Assembly: GCA_002430725.1 (NCBI GenBank)
Contig: DJCU01000008.1
Location: forward strand, 393 to 64,392
Source: Candidatus Gottesmanbacteria bacterium UBA5942
Lineage (GTDB): Bacteria; Patescibacteriota; Microgenomatia; UBA10105; UBA927
DNA: 64,000 nucleotides
Direction of reading: 5' to 3'
Positions 12,001 through 17,891 of this stretch are shown here, piece by piece. Position numbers and translations under genes: made by a program. How positions within the stretch are numbered: position 1 is the stretch's first letter; each line of letters starts with the position of its first letter. Below the pieces are notes generated by a model. That model worked only from the letters and a program-made list of their open reading frames with translations. It had not been told where the DNA came from and ran no database searches.

Positions 12001-12740
12001 AAGGTGACCGATGCGATAGCTATGCAGTCGCGGGAGCAACAAATATTAATGCACATGTGAGTGTCGATGGCATGCCGATTAGCTGTAATGCAGAGGGAAA
12101 TGTGGTCGTTGCTGATGGGCTTAATAAACGCGTAAATGTCATTACAGGTGTCAATAATATTAAAAATCAGGTATATGACGCGTTAGCATTACTTCCTCCA
12201 GGGTTGATGAAAAAAGATTTTGAGATAGTGGTGTATCCTTCTGGCATTCTTTATGGGGATGACTTAAGTTGGCAATCACTTTGGCAGCGGGTGCTTGGTA
12301 GTGGACGAGACAATATAGGTGGTGTTGATAATCAAACGTTTCCATATCATCGGCGTATATTGCTTACCGAGCAGCAGCCAGAGTTGATGTCGTATGCAGT
12401 GATACATGAGGTAATGCACGCGTATGCGGTTGATCAGCTCACCATACCAGCGTTTGTGCCGCTTGCCGGATTTTATAATATGTTTTCAGTAGGGCAGCAT
12501 AGCAATACTCCAGTCGGATTTCACACAATGATAGGGTGTAAACCAGATGGTTCGTATGATGGTGTACCGTTTAGCGATTATCCCAATCCTGACTGCGCAG
12601 AGGAGTTTGCTGAAGAGGGTGCAGGGTACGTGTTTAAGGCGTGCGAGCTTAAGGCATACAACGAAGATCGGTATAACTACTTCAAAAACGAAGTTTTTGA
12701 TGGTCGAGAGTACCTTCCACCTCAGGGCTGCGTGAATTGA
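3..12740 (+). CDS. Giant multidomain protein, 5'-partial; contains a SecA-family motor ATPase core fused to GNAT, two GGDEF-like domains, a TM/HExxH segment and a Cys-rich C-terminal domain
   Basis: The ORF is uninterrupted from 99 to 12740 (4213 aa). I translated positions 3-98 in the same frame and found no stop, so the ORF is open to the window edge and its N-terminus lies outside the window. A 12.6 kb open frame cannot arise by chance. Domain calls are listed as separate 'other' features. The last 19 nt overlap the convergent gene 12722-13555. Confidence 0.85.
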   Translation, partial: RYAIEFSNLPYVSLTDAKKDVLTLEQKYPGQPMVSREYVLRNKDTAGKRPYRVVTVPFDVYVNDIYLANKVSAGITDLEIDIFQLGVGRLFVPISEISGTQLADYARYLEYARNPTAWRFMIEQMWKKDVFDIRSSTRQVVEFTRSLNVKNVGPLLGRAWKQTSAGITAASSRISQRFNTLGIRILPLPRVQVVDSIGTNGRTVQSSVRFDKGAQDALVADLQRTYQTEFGFIESVEKARIQSAEVTTDSLINSVIVEARTVMASGTSKEIEELALHTVIAFERLLSDKKQISSFTDAQLLAIRKAIFSKSIAIELPTGTGKTYATACVALIRALMGQPVLVSSANADLAQRDLADVGELFRPFRISSGFAAKGKSLNPSIRITYGKLSDIVAASGRALRTGVDIDINAYTLLPDEGDKSLLQEALTPIVEVEAAQGESAGLTSEEELLIVTMARNTQQMVTEGGYVIPDEQQEILSLLTPEANEKLDTYKPDAMSEEKFIEYKEFARRAAFMREGKDYLYDQYTGEITLLDNEQLADLDKKFQSGIQWALEAKHGRTSGFSVVNDEVRDKHTTMAFVRQVGSVIVFTGTAYEEIDELETYYDLEYASIPQPLWISIARQPQGTDRLRLVEYFDQASGIWLNAIIENQQGQWVIIEKDRIDYEPRLFVTEDAKLHAIQSDAEVLRNSGRAVLVASQNEASMDNIASLIPNAISISERERDEKRQNIEISGHSGNVAIGSANIGRGVNFQPDEQVQQAGGFYEMITGIMKPSTLSQVRGRVARLSPVRQGAYQARAWGATRQYLSLSDIASILGSTDARVRELAYPSGEITKNDPRYPKMVKLIREAELKIQEREKVARAAQFYADHATDEIGHVQRHLALSGFGAARQTIDWLLRRIAHETNSALKKSYLHSAEEVWKQYLAELEVLKTTAWAGAQSEKIDPEIYYQRESSTLLRNMIAVLADVVPATVIAPTIPILSDDVCMGSKANCVVEAVITERVIDAIQSNNMTDTEKIQALQAYKLTERDLPAHQLAIHDATIAIALAELDVAQGASARSAINRALQSLNARLQARPAPDDAALLERTREVLEQIRGAMPEGSSLMDRVRDWMPAPTTILQSNPILAQFAKYFTFGSNIIDTDVTTVSSIQAEVTLVATTRAEADRYRSTLKATYPRFLLETLPTGDDNQFFFVRNASGETVGFIVYQTANEVVELRNLIIDPQYQNQSYGTNVLAVLKEQFNEIRLTPVPHYVAEGVEVDDAYDALVRFYERAGFIKQTVIENRFEVEKYVWRSPSVQRLTDMRPATGRERVLDGARALERTYSPLTRSAKQAVRSAATWINDRMCGGAAFRFIRPVFAQLGSPSGNTSCPAGSVVNTIAPVAEAAMDAPVVTMMNALGFEEPIAQIPTTRGVGFFTRTMRYQGSIASEESVFGVIMEKTIDGVPTGKWILNVMATDELSLPPVNGEKTKALDAWYLTDGSEFRVGTNEYRVRVIDGMLYVYHTNPRNPQGAEGDAMVVVADLYGINPFVELADRPVARDWFEGFVKNRVIDAGLARILPVPVISDDIKIGENQNTNVVSPGRREEIVASLRRTRDPLQVLSSFLFIRMVKAGYHILIADIDSLYRANQTGVTPYGVTGDILLHDIAEALGELNREFGIDIELRVAGDTFALVSKEPLPSDMADRVKNRIQQVRGLYGGRGDIISYEPARVKVLSTRGDEWIGFSERDPSIPHTVRRERLVRIHPEVGMFFDELDASSVSQGQKEAYLQFIEEALLDPVLFTGAQDAGVESFVHRNDYLDHLVPHMIDTFGKSESDGKNAYLVRISVSGVLKLLNDRFGDAAGNVFIRHLFDRIIAVNKQLEVGDLAWYDLYRKGGDFELTIVGDEAQAQALINALTQALAGTYTEGGHVYNLQPTVVSKIIDMQTIDGQTVVDKAELEARFGAVESDLAQAEWYETVRRQTNLMFVDDSELQTALSYYDPYDKRGAVRLWKLGLVEDADVEVFKQMYVDPASQKRWYSGLFEWVYWKLPPGFRSRFASTLMPARERIRAGMLPRAKAFLTDYLVRYVAGYDRSDSVLIADRAEHTMLNFRLELERLVAEGEALQRTITPSTDDVIMRAIQSEITEISRQIDAHIRTIFTDFTDEQLRQYKIDRNIQQRLMGPASGTLVTPPTNQQFNVRGTLRNPAAADAKRVLVDELGVLTEEQLRERTQKLVTVSPLTIIKDSMFPSQENRNTYMKSLGVTRLSAFGEVIFRLVNLYSGLFERGHFDDRTGQQYVVPMTGLSALFIAAGVYVLLHLAAPPLAIVTAIAGVLMFILPAWQLITFPNAYYHELTHALNITQDKQFVSYSESQGSDLANEIFTDYFTRRVTEQSQTFFGKIAHLSYRMFGNNYGGKMSWIPLLLDELDKGEVPGTAERMLAHSYFAKPGAENDFQELLQRKLGNERAANVIAAIKTVYDAGSMSKDDLLKTNAIKNILETRVQQGNEVEATAYLQELEALVARGEALRTSILPSMTSEGRVPIEEEIAEISRQIDTLIRGANPAFDDVALRQYKIDRNIQQRLMGPASGMLMAPATPLVDQYVATPVNSVGVAKAKASKAGLMHNGVRQLADGSTMTIGGQDVIIRSTRTAVIVDGVSNSIRNDQGENYFDQEVQDEAMVRALAVYGAVLRAFDELDLDGADPSNRVGDIVTLIERHLSTIVPASSPTNRPAQTTISVHHAVQTPTGWKIVSFRIGDQSVFTVSPEEIGEVSPPNNFHTALNEMSGAEVQLVDVLEAWKALPLEMKRLYQTRTTNLPQMIEEGYAGTVDISAIPVGGFVIVGSDALRSLFADRPSLVGALHSELKGVISAQEAESRIVAFLDRYSNLYDQIDDDVSFIVFAQTPEGVLDNGVSIAASPRTLETSVGITSERPVLGEVKVDGLTLGYFSVTDTQAYLTGNTIPIWVNNKRYDPHTETHAGMASIEVGDTVTFVPKTTKNVILYVVDVDTQGHMILRHANQRPGKNGDNIDFSTESLRVVPAGSRYNYERAFAAWNVTSNEDKTAFLTAVATLIDTLPEKTIFPDGDDQIFRVTGSINRTFAQLEFDGVMREILSQLRPGESVSLRVIHPDGVVIGDTAIVKESVDVELGTITLRDDGIAEFQMGKIKRLSSRFRTENVAVPEALSYSPEQVLAVMIAALVKPSCYVDVGVQHKVYAQSKNPETVGSVCLLAARSLMSAVRSAERGQFWRSMQQWWHEQQVMWNVLLGRQREPVSFQDTLDVEPAIELEATSEAREAVIRLSEITETTRDAEFMDIINLPELSVRDAFRRQFDTDMTAFLGYMWLYGQQEGMLTAIEKQTATINFLTMLRDRYSVTLQAAQPFFYRELTEGHEQDANPADFLISDALVTLIASSPTARDVYAVWQEMAKDTNQDVRSLQENEWLVPHPFDDGKEIRVTHEETYVEVTNGDAVVRLPIDNTYHPSIQEVADSVDVLEPGIRVSLHTDGTAALFVMAYQHSIVWDDEYEIRFSTDRRGNLYKKGAKQAGKITVWPRYTEEFAEIITPPLAFDVAHINGTYFVQKMPSIRLHEGFEVMKPDGSLYSLQVGDEVSEMGVSDTYTITDAPFDWKAIGDANKWVSIYVSPLRERGFEGRIWVDAANPVIRHVSSPVDPSTENMSSVVQSIRIRIPAIVEKNKAISQAQATTTTDALNNVTQAITGVFTNPDCYAMRSEYVAYAAETTRDGTCPTWGKSPRRVVRGMRNRSERERMDADARSYVRMLILAVPPIGFLVDGAIKAGIWYVTAPPPPPVTPQCTLGSCAVNGLCPAGQQCSATGCCTQLSAYEDFVCSVDKQYLLKRTMIAPGGFSIDINASFRCLDGCVNNDCAQKAQMTFPEQCTDAMKRTPLLYGFDSNYGAMNSCLAIDDLATMSYYREFTCSTDGLSVIERATGNVVRTCLGNQTCKQSGDIADCLGPVGYVRPQNAIIDMVCQGNDVYLFDSDTQTFTQHVASCPVRGCQQGACIAYEGDRCDSYAVAGATNINAHVSVDGMPISCNAEGNVVVADGLNKRVNVITGVNNIKNQVYDALALLPPGLMKKDFEIVVYPSGILYGDDLSWQSLWQRVLGSGRDNIGGVDNQTFPYHRRILLTEQQPELMSYAVIHEVMHAYAVDQLTIPAFVPLAGFYNMFSVGQHSNTPVGFHTMIGCKPDGSYDGVPFSDYPNPDCAEEFAEEGAGYVFKACELKAYNEDRYNYFKNEVFDGREYLPPQGCVN
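800..2450 (+). other. SecA-family (DEAD motor, NBD1-PPXD-NBD2) ATPase core inside the giant ORF
   Basis: I matched motifs against E. coli and B. subtilis SecA from memory. FTDAQLLAI..IAIELPTGTGKT at nt 951-971 matches HFDVQLLGG..IAEMRTGEGKT (Walker A). GTGKTYATACVALIRALMGQPVLVSSANADLAQRD matches [35 protein letters not shown]. ITYGK matches ITYGTN. DEGDKSLLQEALTPIVEV at nt 1245 onward matches DEVDSILIDEARTPLIIS (Walker B). WALEAKHG matches QAVEAKEG. FTGTA at nt 1761-1775 matches GMTGTA. IGRGVNF at nt 2229 onward matches AGRGTDI. QVRGRVARL matches QLRGRSGRQ. Motif order and spacings (Walker A to DE about 98 aa, DE to TGTA about 172 aa) fit SecA. Confidence 0.7.
3540..3840 (+). other. GNAT-fold acetyltransferase-like domain inside the giant ORF
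   Basis: The segment VGFIVYQTANEVVELRNLIIDPQYQNQSYGTNVLAVL...YDALVRFYERAGFIKQ has a motif A-like Q-x-x-G-x-G/N and the typical C-terminal F-Y-E-R/K-x-G-F. Confidence 0.5.
4800..5080 (+). other. GGDEF-like nucleotidyl-cyclase palm domain 1 (degenerate: DID retained, GGDEF replaced by AGDTF)
   Basis: HILIADIDSLYRANQTGVTPYGVTGDILLHDIAEAL...IDIELRVAGDTFALVS aligns to the GGDEF consensus llDiDhFKxiNDtyGHxxGDxvL...RyGGDEFavl. Confidence 0.5.
5440..5720 (+). other. GGDEF-like palm domain 2 (degenerate: DxD replaced by SVS, signature reads GGDFE)
   Basis: LVRISVSGVLKLLNDRFGDAAGNVFIRHLFDRI...DLYRKGGDFELTIVGDEAQAQAL aligns to the same consensus. NDxxGxxxGN and RxGGD are retained, but the metal-binding DxD is lost. 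Confidence 0.5.
6435..6490 (+). repeat. Intragenic direct repeat copy A (56 nt)
   Basis: cgtcagtacaagattgaccggaatatccaacaacgtttgatgggccccgcaagcgg encodes RQYKIDRNIQQRLMGPASG. Copy A and copy B are 54/56 nt identical and the repeat unit is in frame (offset 1209 nt). The flanking roughly 80 aa are also similar at the protein level (..ISRQID..IR..F.D..LRQYKIDRNIQQRLMGPASG). Confidence 0.9.
6850..7010 (+). other. Predicted TM hairpin followed by HExxH motif (YYHELTHAL) in the giant ORF
   Basis: Two hydrophobic stretches, LSALFIAAGVYVLLHLAAPPLAIVTAIAGVLMFILPAW, are followed immediately by HELTH at nt 6985-6999. This resembles membrane-associated zincin signatures (M48 HELGH) and the DUF4157-type HELTHVvQ motif. 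Confidence 0.4.
7644..7699 (+). repeat. Intragenic direct repeat copy B (56 nt)
   Basis: cgtcagtacaagattgaccggaatatccaacagcgcttgatgggccccgcaagcgg has 2 mismatches to copy A. Confidence 0.9.
11340..12737 (+). other. Poly-Pro linker plus Cys-rich C-terminal domain carrying a second HExxH (IHEVMHAY at nt 12405-12419)
   Basis: A hydrophobic stretch (MLILAVPPIGFLV) is followed by APPPPPVTPQC and about 430 aa with roughly 40 Cys (for example CTLGSCAVNGLCPAGQQCSATGCC). HEVMH sits in a zincin-like context. The Cys richness suggests an extracytoplasmic, disulfide-bonded domain. Confidence 0.5.
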
Positions 12741-13555
12741 GCAAATATTTCCTCATTGTTAGCAAATGAGAATACATATTCAGGTTCGATAGCATGTTGC
12801 GTTCGATAAGTGGTTATCGCTTTCAATTTCTTGCGTTTTTCGAGTTTGTTTAGGTGTATGCGCATGAGCGGGGTATCGTTTGCAAACAAAGGCGCTGCGT
12901 CATTATGGATGACGTAGGTGAGTAATTGTCCCTGGTAGGCGATATGCTCCATAGCATCATCGACAAATTTTCGGGCGATGATGTGATCGAGTGCAGTGTC
13001 ACCTGTATCAGGTACGACAATAAGCGTTGGTTTTGTGCGTGTTATGGTAGTCGCAATATCGTTAGTCATTGCAGCATTGGCATAGGGCATACCTGTTTCC
13101 GGAGATGCTGAAAGACCGGTGTACCGGCTAGAAAAGGGGCTACCATCGTGGGTATTGTACACTTCTTCAAGTAGGCCATCCGGATACCCTAAAAATGTGA
13201 TATTGTGCCGAGAAAGTCCGAGGATATGTGTCGCACGGTATTCTTCTTTTTTACGAGCGTTACCAAGACGTAGATAGTCATCTGTTGTGAGCGATGTTGC
13301 GGGTTTTTTAGATAGATATGCTGCAGCATCTGTGTATGCTTCACCATGAGTTAGCTCGAGAATATGTATAGATTGTCCTTTGGTAATGGCTTGTTGTATG
13401 AAGCCAGCACAGCAAAGCACCGCATCATCAGGATGGGGGGCAATTATGAGAATATCAGCGCGTTGTGAAGTCGCCTGGGAAGATAAAAAGAGTGGGAAAA
13501 TACTAGCGAAGAATAGTGCTACAGAAAGCCATAAATATCGCGTATCGTAAAGCAT
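12722..13555 (-). CDS. LmbE/PIG-L family N-acetylglucosaminyl deacetylase-like protein with an N-terminal signal or TM segment
   Basis: IIAPHPDDAVLCCAGFIQQA..HGEAYTD matches the AHPDDE/zinc-binding motif of the PIG-L (LmbE) deacetylase family. The N-terminus is hydrophobic. Confidence 0.65.
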   Translation of the reverse strand: MLYDTRYLWLSVALFFASIFPLFLSSQATSQRADILIIAPHPDDAVLCCAGFIQQAITKGQSIHILELTHGEAYTDAAAYLSKKPATSLTTDDYLRLGNARKKEEYRATHILGLSRHNITFLGYPDGLLEEVYNTHDGSPFSSRYTGLSASPETGMPYANAAMTNDIATTITRTKPTLIVVPDTGDTALDHIIARKFVDDAMEHIAYQGQLLTYVIHNDAAPLFANDTPLMRIHLNKLEKRKKLKAITTYRTQHAIEPEYVFSFANNEEIFAQFTQP

Positions 13556-13564
13556 AGCATGTCG

Positions 13565-15952
13565 TTATTGCTGTTTTTTTCGTAGTGCAAAAATAAGCAA
13601 GAAAAGTGTAACGATGCCAACAACAAAAAGTAATTTTTTGGTGACTGTTGGCTGATAGGTAAATGTGATGGTGTGTTCTCCTTGTTCCTCAACCATTACC
13701 GCGGTGTAAAACGGAAATACTGCAAACGATTGCGCCTGTTTTCCGTTCACCGTTATGTGCCACGAAGGGTGAAATGACTGCCGGAGGATGACGATACAGG
13801 ATGGACAAGGTGTCGTGTTTACGATGGTCGCATGAAATTCCATGTCAGTGCTGTAGCCTTGGTTGGTAATGCGTGGTATAGCACTCGGTGTTCCTTGCGG
13901 GTTTGCGTAGCGGGGCGTTTCTGCAAATAGATTGTGGAGTGAACCGTCTGGTACTTTGTAAGTAGCCTCATCGAGCATGCGGAAGTTAGGGAGTCCTGTG
14001 GGGCGTGGATAGTTTCGGTCAAAGGTAAGTTCGGGATAGAGAAAAGCTTTCGGAGCATCTGAATGCATCCAAAGCCGTATGAGGCTTCGATAATTTGATT
14101 TATCAGCAGAAACTATCGCTGGTTTTATTCCGGTGGTGATATAGCCCATCGAGGAGTTGTATGATTGCCCGCCTGCTATGGAGTCAGGTTGTATTGTTTT
14201 ATTATTATTTTCGTTGTTTTCATTAACCGTCACCTCATAGAATTTCCATGTTGCACCGGTTTCTATAAGCTTCCAGAAGGGCTGGATTGCGTCAGATGGG
14301 AGATTAGCCGGTGTTACGACATATCGGACGTTGTAGAGCGAGTAGTGAGCGATATTTTGTTCGGAAAAGTATTGTTCGGTGTCGGAGTTAGGTGACCATG
14401 TTTCCGGCAGCCAAAGGATAACTGGAATACCATAGGTTGATAGGTGCATATATAGAGGAGTTTCTGCAATCCGGAACTCCTTGCCCCAGTTGCCCCCGCG
14501 ACCTGCAAATACTCGACCTGGTTTTTCTACCATTTTTTGAGTGAGTATGGAGAATAAACGGTCGGTATCAGCGGCATTCTTGACGTAGTTTTCGTTGGCG
14601 CGTGAGATGAGAATGTCATTGTGTGACGCGTACCGGAGGCTTTGGGGGAAAACGAAAATAACGAAAATAACGAGTATGACTAAATACGAGAACAACGAAA
14701 GTGACAGCATACGAGAGCGATATAGGCGTGAAAAATAAGAGGAGGTTGTTTGGATAAGCCAATCTATACCAGTAGCGATAAGGAAAAGTCCTGCGGTATG
14801 AACACCGACAATAAATCGAGAAATATGAAAATCATCCATGCCCGGGATAATGCTCATGAGGCTTCCCCATGTTGTACGGCCAAAATACATAAGAAGCCAG
14901 AAAGCAAAGAGAAACGCAAATGGCGTATAGCGTGAGGTAATAAGAGCGGAAAATAAGCCAACAAATACCCCAATGGTAAGAATAGGGAAGCGACCAAAAT
15001 CGAAAAGATCACCGTTTAGTAGATTTTTGAGCACTTCGCGATAGCCGAAAGAATTAAATTTCCATATACCGTCCCATACAGAAATGTTGTGATAATTACC
15101 ATCTTTCAGGATGGGAAGTATCCAGTAGCCGAGGAGCAGTCCAACAATGCCAAAAATTATTAATACACGTGTGAGCGTAGTAACAAGTTTTCTTGTTGTT
15201 TCTTTGTTCCATTCATGAGTGAGTAGAGATTGTAAAGATGGGCTAATAGCGATGATGCCTACGCTAAGAAAAGCGATGATGCCTAAGCCCAAATGTCCTG
15301 CGGTGGTAAAGCTGAGGAACAGGGTTGTATAGATATAATCTCTCCGCGTTACATTGCTCGTACATAATCGAAATGCATAAGAAAGCGCCAGAGGAAGCCA
15401 TAACATGGCAAATAGTTGGCTGGTAAGTCCGTACCCTCGCCACAGAAATGATGGGGTGTCTAAGCCATACAGTCCATCGGTTGAAAGGTGCGAGGCTATT
15501 ATTGCACCTATGCCTGCAGTGGCCATGGGAAGCCCCGCAACCCGAAGGGTTATAAATATTGAAAGGGGAAATAGAGAGAGGAGTAAATAGATGACCCAGT
15601 GATAATAGGTAAACAGTGATACCGATAGACCAATCGCTGAAAGCAGTCGGTATGTTGCTACGATGGTGATTTGGGGTATATGAGAGTAGTAGTAAGGGAG
15701 GTTATATCCCTGTGCCCAGTTTGGCACCCAGTGATCTATAAGGTAAAACGTCATGCAAAAAGGCGCAGTAATGCCAGAACACTTTTGTTGTGCATAAGAC
15801 CATATTTGGTTTGTTCTATCAACTAAAGCGAACTGGAACGTATTATCGTTTGGGTCGATGAGCGCGGTGGGTTCAGTTCGGTAAACCCAAAGGTTAAACC
15901 CTATGGCAAAGAGAACGAAGCATAGGCCAATTATTTTTTCGTAGGACTTCAT
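13565..15952 (-). CDS. YfhO-like polytopic membrane protein (GT-C-type glycosyltransferase candidate)
   Basis: It has about 12 or more predicted TM helices in the N-terminal 450 aa and a soluble C-terminal domain. The C-terminal FHPSWHITVNGKQAQSF...GEHTITFTYQP parallels YfhO-family C-termini (W.PgW.a.vdGk...G.H.v...Y.P) and also the C-terminus of ORF 24028-26058. Confidence 0.55.
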   Translation of the reverse strand: MKSYEKIIGLCFVLFAIGFNLWVYRTEPTALIDPNDNTFQFALVDRTNQIWSYAQQKCSGITAPFCMTFYLIDHWVPNWAQGYNLPYYYSHIPQITIVATYRLLSAIGLSVSLFTYYHWVIYLLLSLFPLSIFITLRVAGLPMATAGIGAIIASHLSTDGLYGLDTPSFLWRGYGLTSQLFAMLWLPLALSYAFRLCTSNVTRRDYIYTTLFLSFTTAGHLGLGIIAFLSVGIIAISPSLQSLLTHEWNKETTRKLVTTLTRVLIIFGIVGLLLGYWILPILKDGNYHNISVWDGIWKFNSFGYREVLKNLLNGDLFDFGRFPILTIGVFVGLFSALITSRYTPFAFLFAFWLLMYFGRTTWGSLMSIIPGMDDFHISRFIVGVHTAGLFLIATGIDWLIQTTSSYFSRLYRSRMLSLSLFSYLVILVIFVIFVFPQSLRYASHNDILISRANENYVKNAADTDRLFSILTQKMVEKPGRVFAGRGGNWGKEFRIAETPLYMHLSTYGIPVILWLPETWSPNSDTEQYFSEQNIAHYSLYNVRYVVTPANLPSDAIQPFWKLIETGATWKFYEVTVNENNENNNKTIQPDSIAGGQSYNSSMGYITTGIKPAIVSADKSNYRSLIRLWMHSDAPKAFLYPELTFDRNYPRPTGLPNFRMLDEATYKVPDGSLHNLFAETPRYANPQGTPSAIPRITNQGYSTDMEFHATIVNTTPCPSCIVILRQSFHPSWHITVNGKQAQSFAVFPFYTAVMVEEQGEHTITFTYQPTVTKKLLFVVGIVTLFLLIFALRKKQQ

Positions 15953-16005
15953 ATATTTACCATTAACAATTTACTATTTACCAGATACCCCAAAACTTTC
16001 ATAAT

Positions 16006-17856
16006 TTATGGCCAGAGCATTGGGTTTAGCCAATCTGTATGGTCATCATAGTTATTATCTCCTGCGTCTTTTGTGACAAGCCACAAATGGCGTACGCCTT
16101 TGATATCTACCTCAGCATGCTTGGGGAGGTCAAATCGCCCCATGATAGGCGACCGATGGAGAAGTTTGCCGTCTCCATAGATTTCAAATACTGCTGAGGC
16201 TTTTGTCCCTGCTTCAGTGTCTATACCGTAATCTACCGTAAATCGAGTAAATTTTCCCGCGATGTCAAATACATATTTTGAGTTTGCATGCGTCCCGATG
16301 CCATGGGTATAGAAAAGATATTGAACCGAAAGACGTGTCCATTTGTAAGGGCCGCCAAACGAGCTCTGGACAGACCTGTTTATCTGACGAGTTCCGTATG
16401 CCTGCTCGCTGATAAATGGCGAGAAAAATGTGAGTGACACCGGCTTTTTTTGGATTATTGGCATATTCATGCCAACAATTGCAGTTGTCCAAATAAGAGC
16501 TACAAGGATTAATATTTTTCTACTCGTTATTGATTGTTTTACAAGTGAAAAGAGAAATAATCCAAATAAGCCAATGAGAATCCAAGCAGTTATGAGCGTT
16601 GCCATCGGGTGTGTGAGGAGCGAGAGTAATGGAAGACCGTTTTGCGGATAATTTACGACAAGTGCAGTATGAAGGTTATAAAAATAAAATACTGAAAAGC
16701 CAGCGTATAAACTACCTAACAGTTGAATTCGTTTTGTGACGTATCGTGATCCTCCCTGGGTGACAAAAAAAGGCGACCACAAAAGGAGAAATACCGAAAG
16801 TGGGAATGCGTAGCGGTCGTGGGATTGCGTCTGGAAAAGAAAAAATGCGGCATTAGCAATAATGAGACTTTCAATGAATGTTTGGAGTATGGATGATGTG
16901 TGTGTTTTGGCTTTATCAAACAACTGGCGAACTACCGCAAAAAGGTATAGTGAGCTAAATATAGTGAGCCCTACTGTTTTTGCATTGAGTATGCCCAGCA
17001 CAGTGAGTTTATCTGAGGTGATCAGACCTCGGGCCCCTGACACAATCCACCACAGGTTGTATGCCATGAGGCTCATCCATGGGAAGTAATCGTAATTTTC
17101 GGTGAGGGAGGCAAGTACGCGATCAGCGTTTTTCGTCAGTATAAATTCTGCGTTGAGACCAAAAAATCCCAAAGCGGCACCACTTATTGCTGTCATAAGT
17201 CCGGTGTATCCCAAATGTTGCCATAGAAAGAGGAAAAAAATAGGAGCGTAAATCATGTTTTGGAGCTTGGTCATCATAGCGAGCATAAATACGACCCCCG
17301 CCCATAATGGTTGTTTTTTGAGTGCCAACATAACTGCGCCCAAAAAAATGCACACACCGAGCGAATCTACCTGTCCCCACCACGCACCATCCATAATGGA
17401 GATGGGATTAAGTAAATAAACAACCGCCAGTAATTCGTAGAATGAGAGGCCCAAGAGCGAAAAATTAACGTCAGGAAACCCAAAGCGCCCGGTTGTCGAT
17501 TTACTGCGCCTGCCGATAGAAAGGATAAACGCTGCAATGCCAAAGTCCGCGAGAATAGGCAGCATTTTACTGACGGTCAAAAATAATACGTTGGTATTGC
17601 TCCAAAACTCTTGAAAATTATGCGGGTCAGCAAAGAGTCCGTATGTCCACACTATTGCGCCTAATGTATAGGTAAATGGAGTCGGATAGTTGTTGTTGGT
17701 GAGCTTTAGTCCTTCGACCGCACCGTAGTCTACGGTTGCTAGCCCCCATGATTTCCAAAACGAAACATCAGCTTCAAATCCCGGATTAGGGATAAGGATA
17801 ATCCTGACAATTAGGGCAAGCCCAATAAACAGCAATAATCGGGTTTTGTGTGACAC
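16006..17856 (-). CDS. Polytopic GT-C-like membrane protein with C-terminal NPCBM-type carbohydrate-binding domain
   Basis: The N-terminal 450 aa are multi-TM. The C-terminal HGIGTHANSKYVFDIAGKFTRFTVDYGIDTEAG..SAVFEIYGDGKLLHRSPIMGRFD..EVDIKGVRHLWLVTKDAGDNNYDDHTDWLNPML matches the NPCBM (GH98-associated) consensus GvHAnS...F...vGvDde....V.FeVyaDGk.ly.Sgvm......v.v.v.Ga.eL.LvvtdagDg...DhadWa.a.l. Confidence 0.6.
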   Translation of the reverse strand: MSHKTRLLLFIGLALIVRIILIPNPGFEADVSFWKSWGLATVDYGAVEGLKLTNNNYPTPFTYTLGAIVWTYGLFADPHNFQEFWSNTNVLFLTVSKMLPILADFGIAAFILSIGRRSKSTTGRFGFPDVNFSLLGLSFYELLAVVYLLNPISIMDGAWWGQVDSLGVCIFLGAVMLALKKQPLWAGVVFMLAMMTKLQNMIYAPIFFLFLWQHLGYTGLMTAISGAALGFFGLNAEFILTKNADRVLASLTENYDYFPWMSLMAYNLWWIVSGARGLITSDKLTVLGILNAKTVGLTIFSSLYLFAVVRQLFDKAKTHTSSILQTFIESLIIANAAFFLFQTQSHDRYAFPLSVFLLLWSPFFVTQGGSRYVTKRIQLLGSLYAGFSVFYFYNLHTALVVNYPQNGLPLLSLLTHPMATLITAWILIGLFGLFLFSLVKQSITSRKILILVALIWTTAIVGMNMPIIQKKPVSLTFFSPFISEQAYGTRQINRSVQSSFGGPYKWTRLSVQYLFYTHGIGTHANSKYVFDIAGKFTRFTVDYGIDTEAGTKASAVFEIYGDGKLLHRSPIMGRFDLPKHAEVDIKGVRHLWLVTKDAGDNNYDDHTDWLNPMLWP

Positions 17857-17891
17857 CTTCTTATCATACGGGAAAACGAGGAGTTATGAAA

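Noticed and set aside
14640-14680. Tandem 9-nt repeat aacgaaaat x2
   Set aside because: Two copies only, inside a coding region (it encodes the IFVIFV segment of a TM helix). Trivial.
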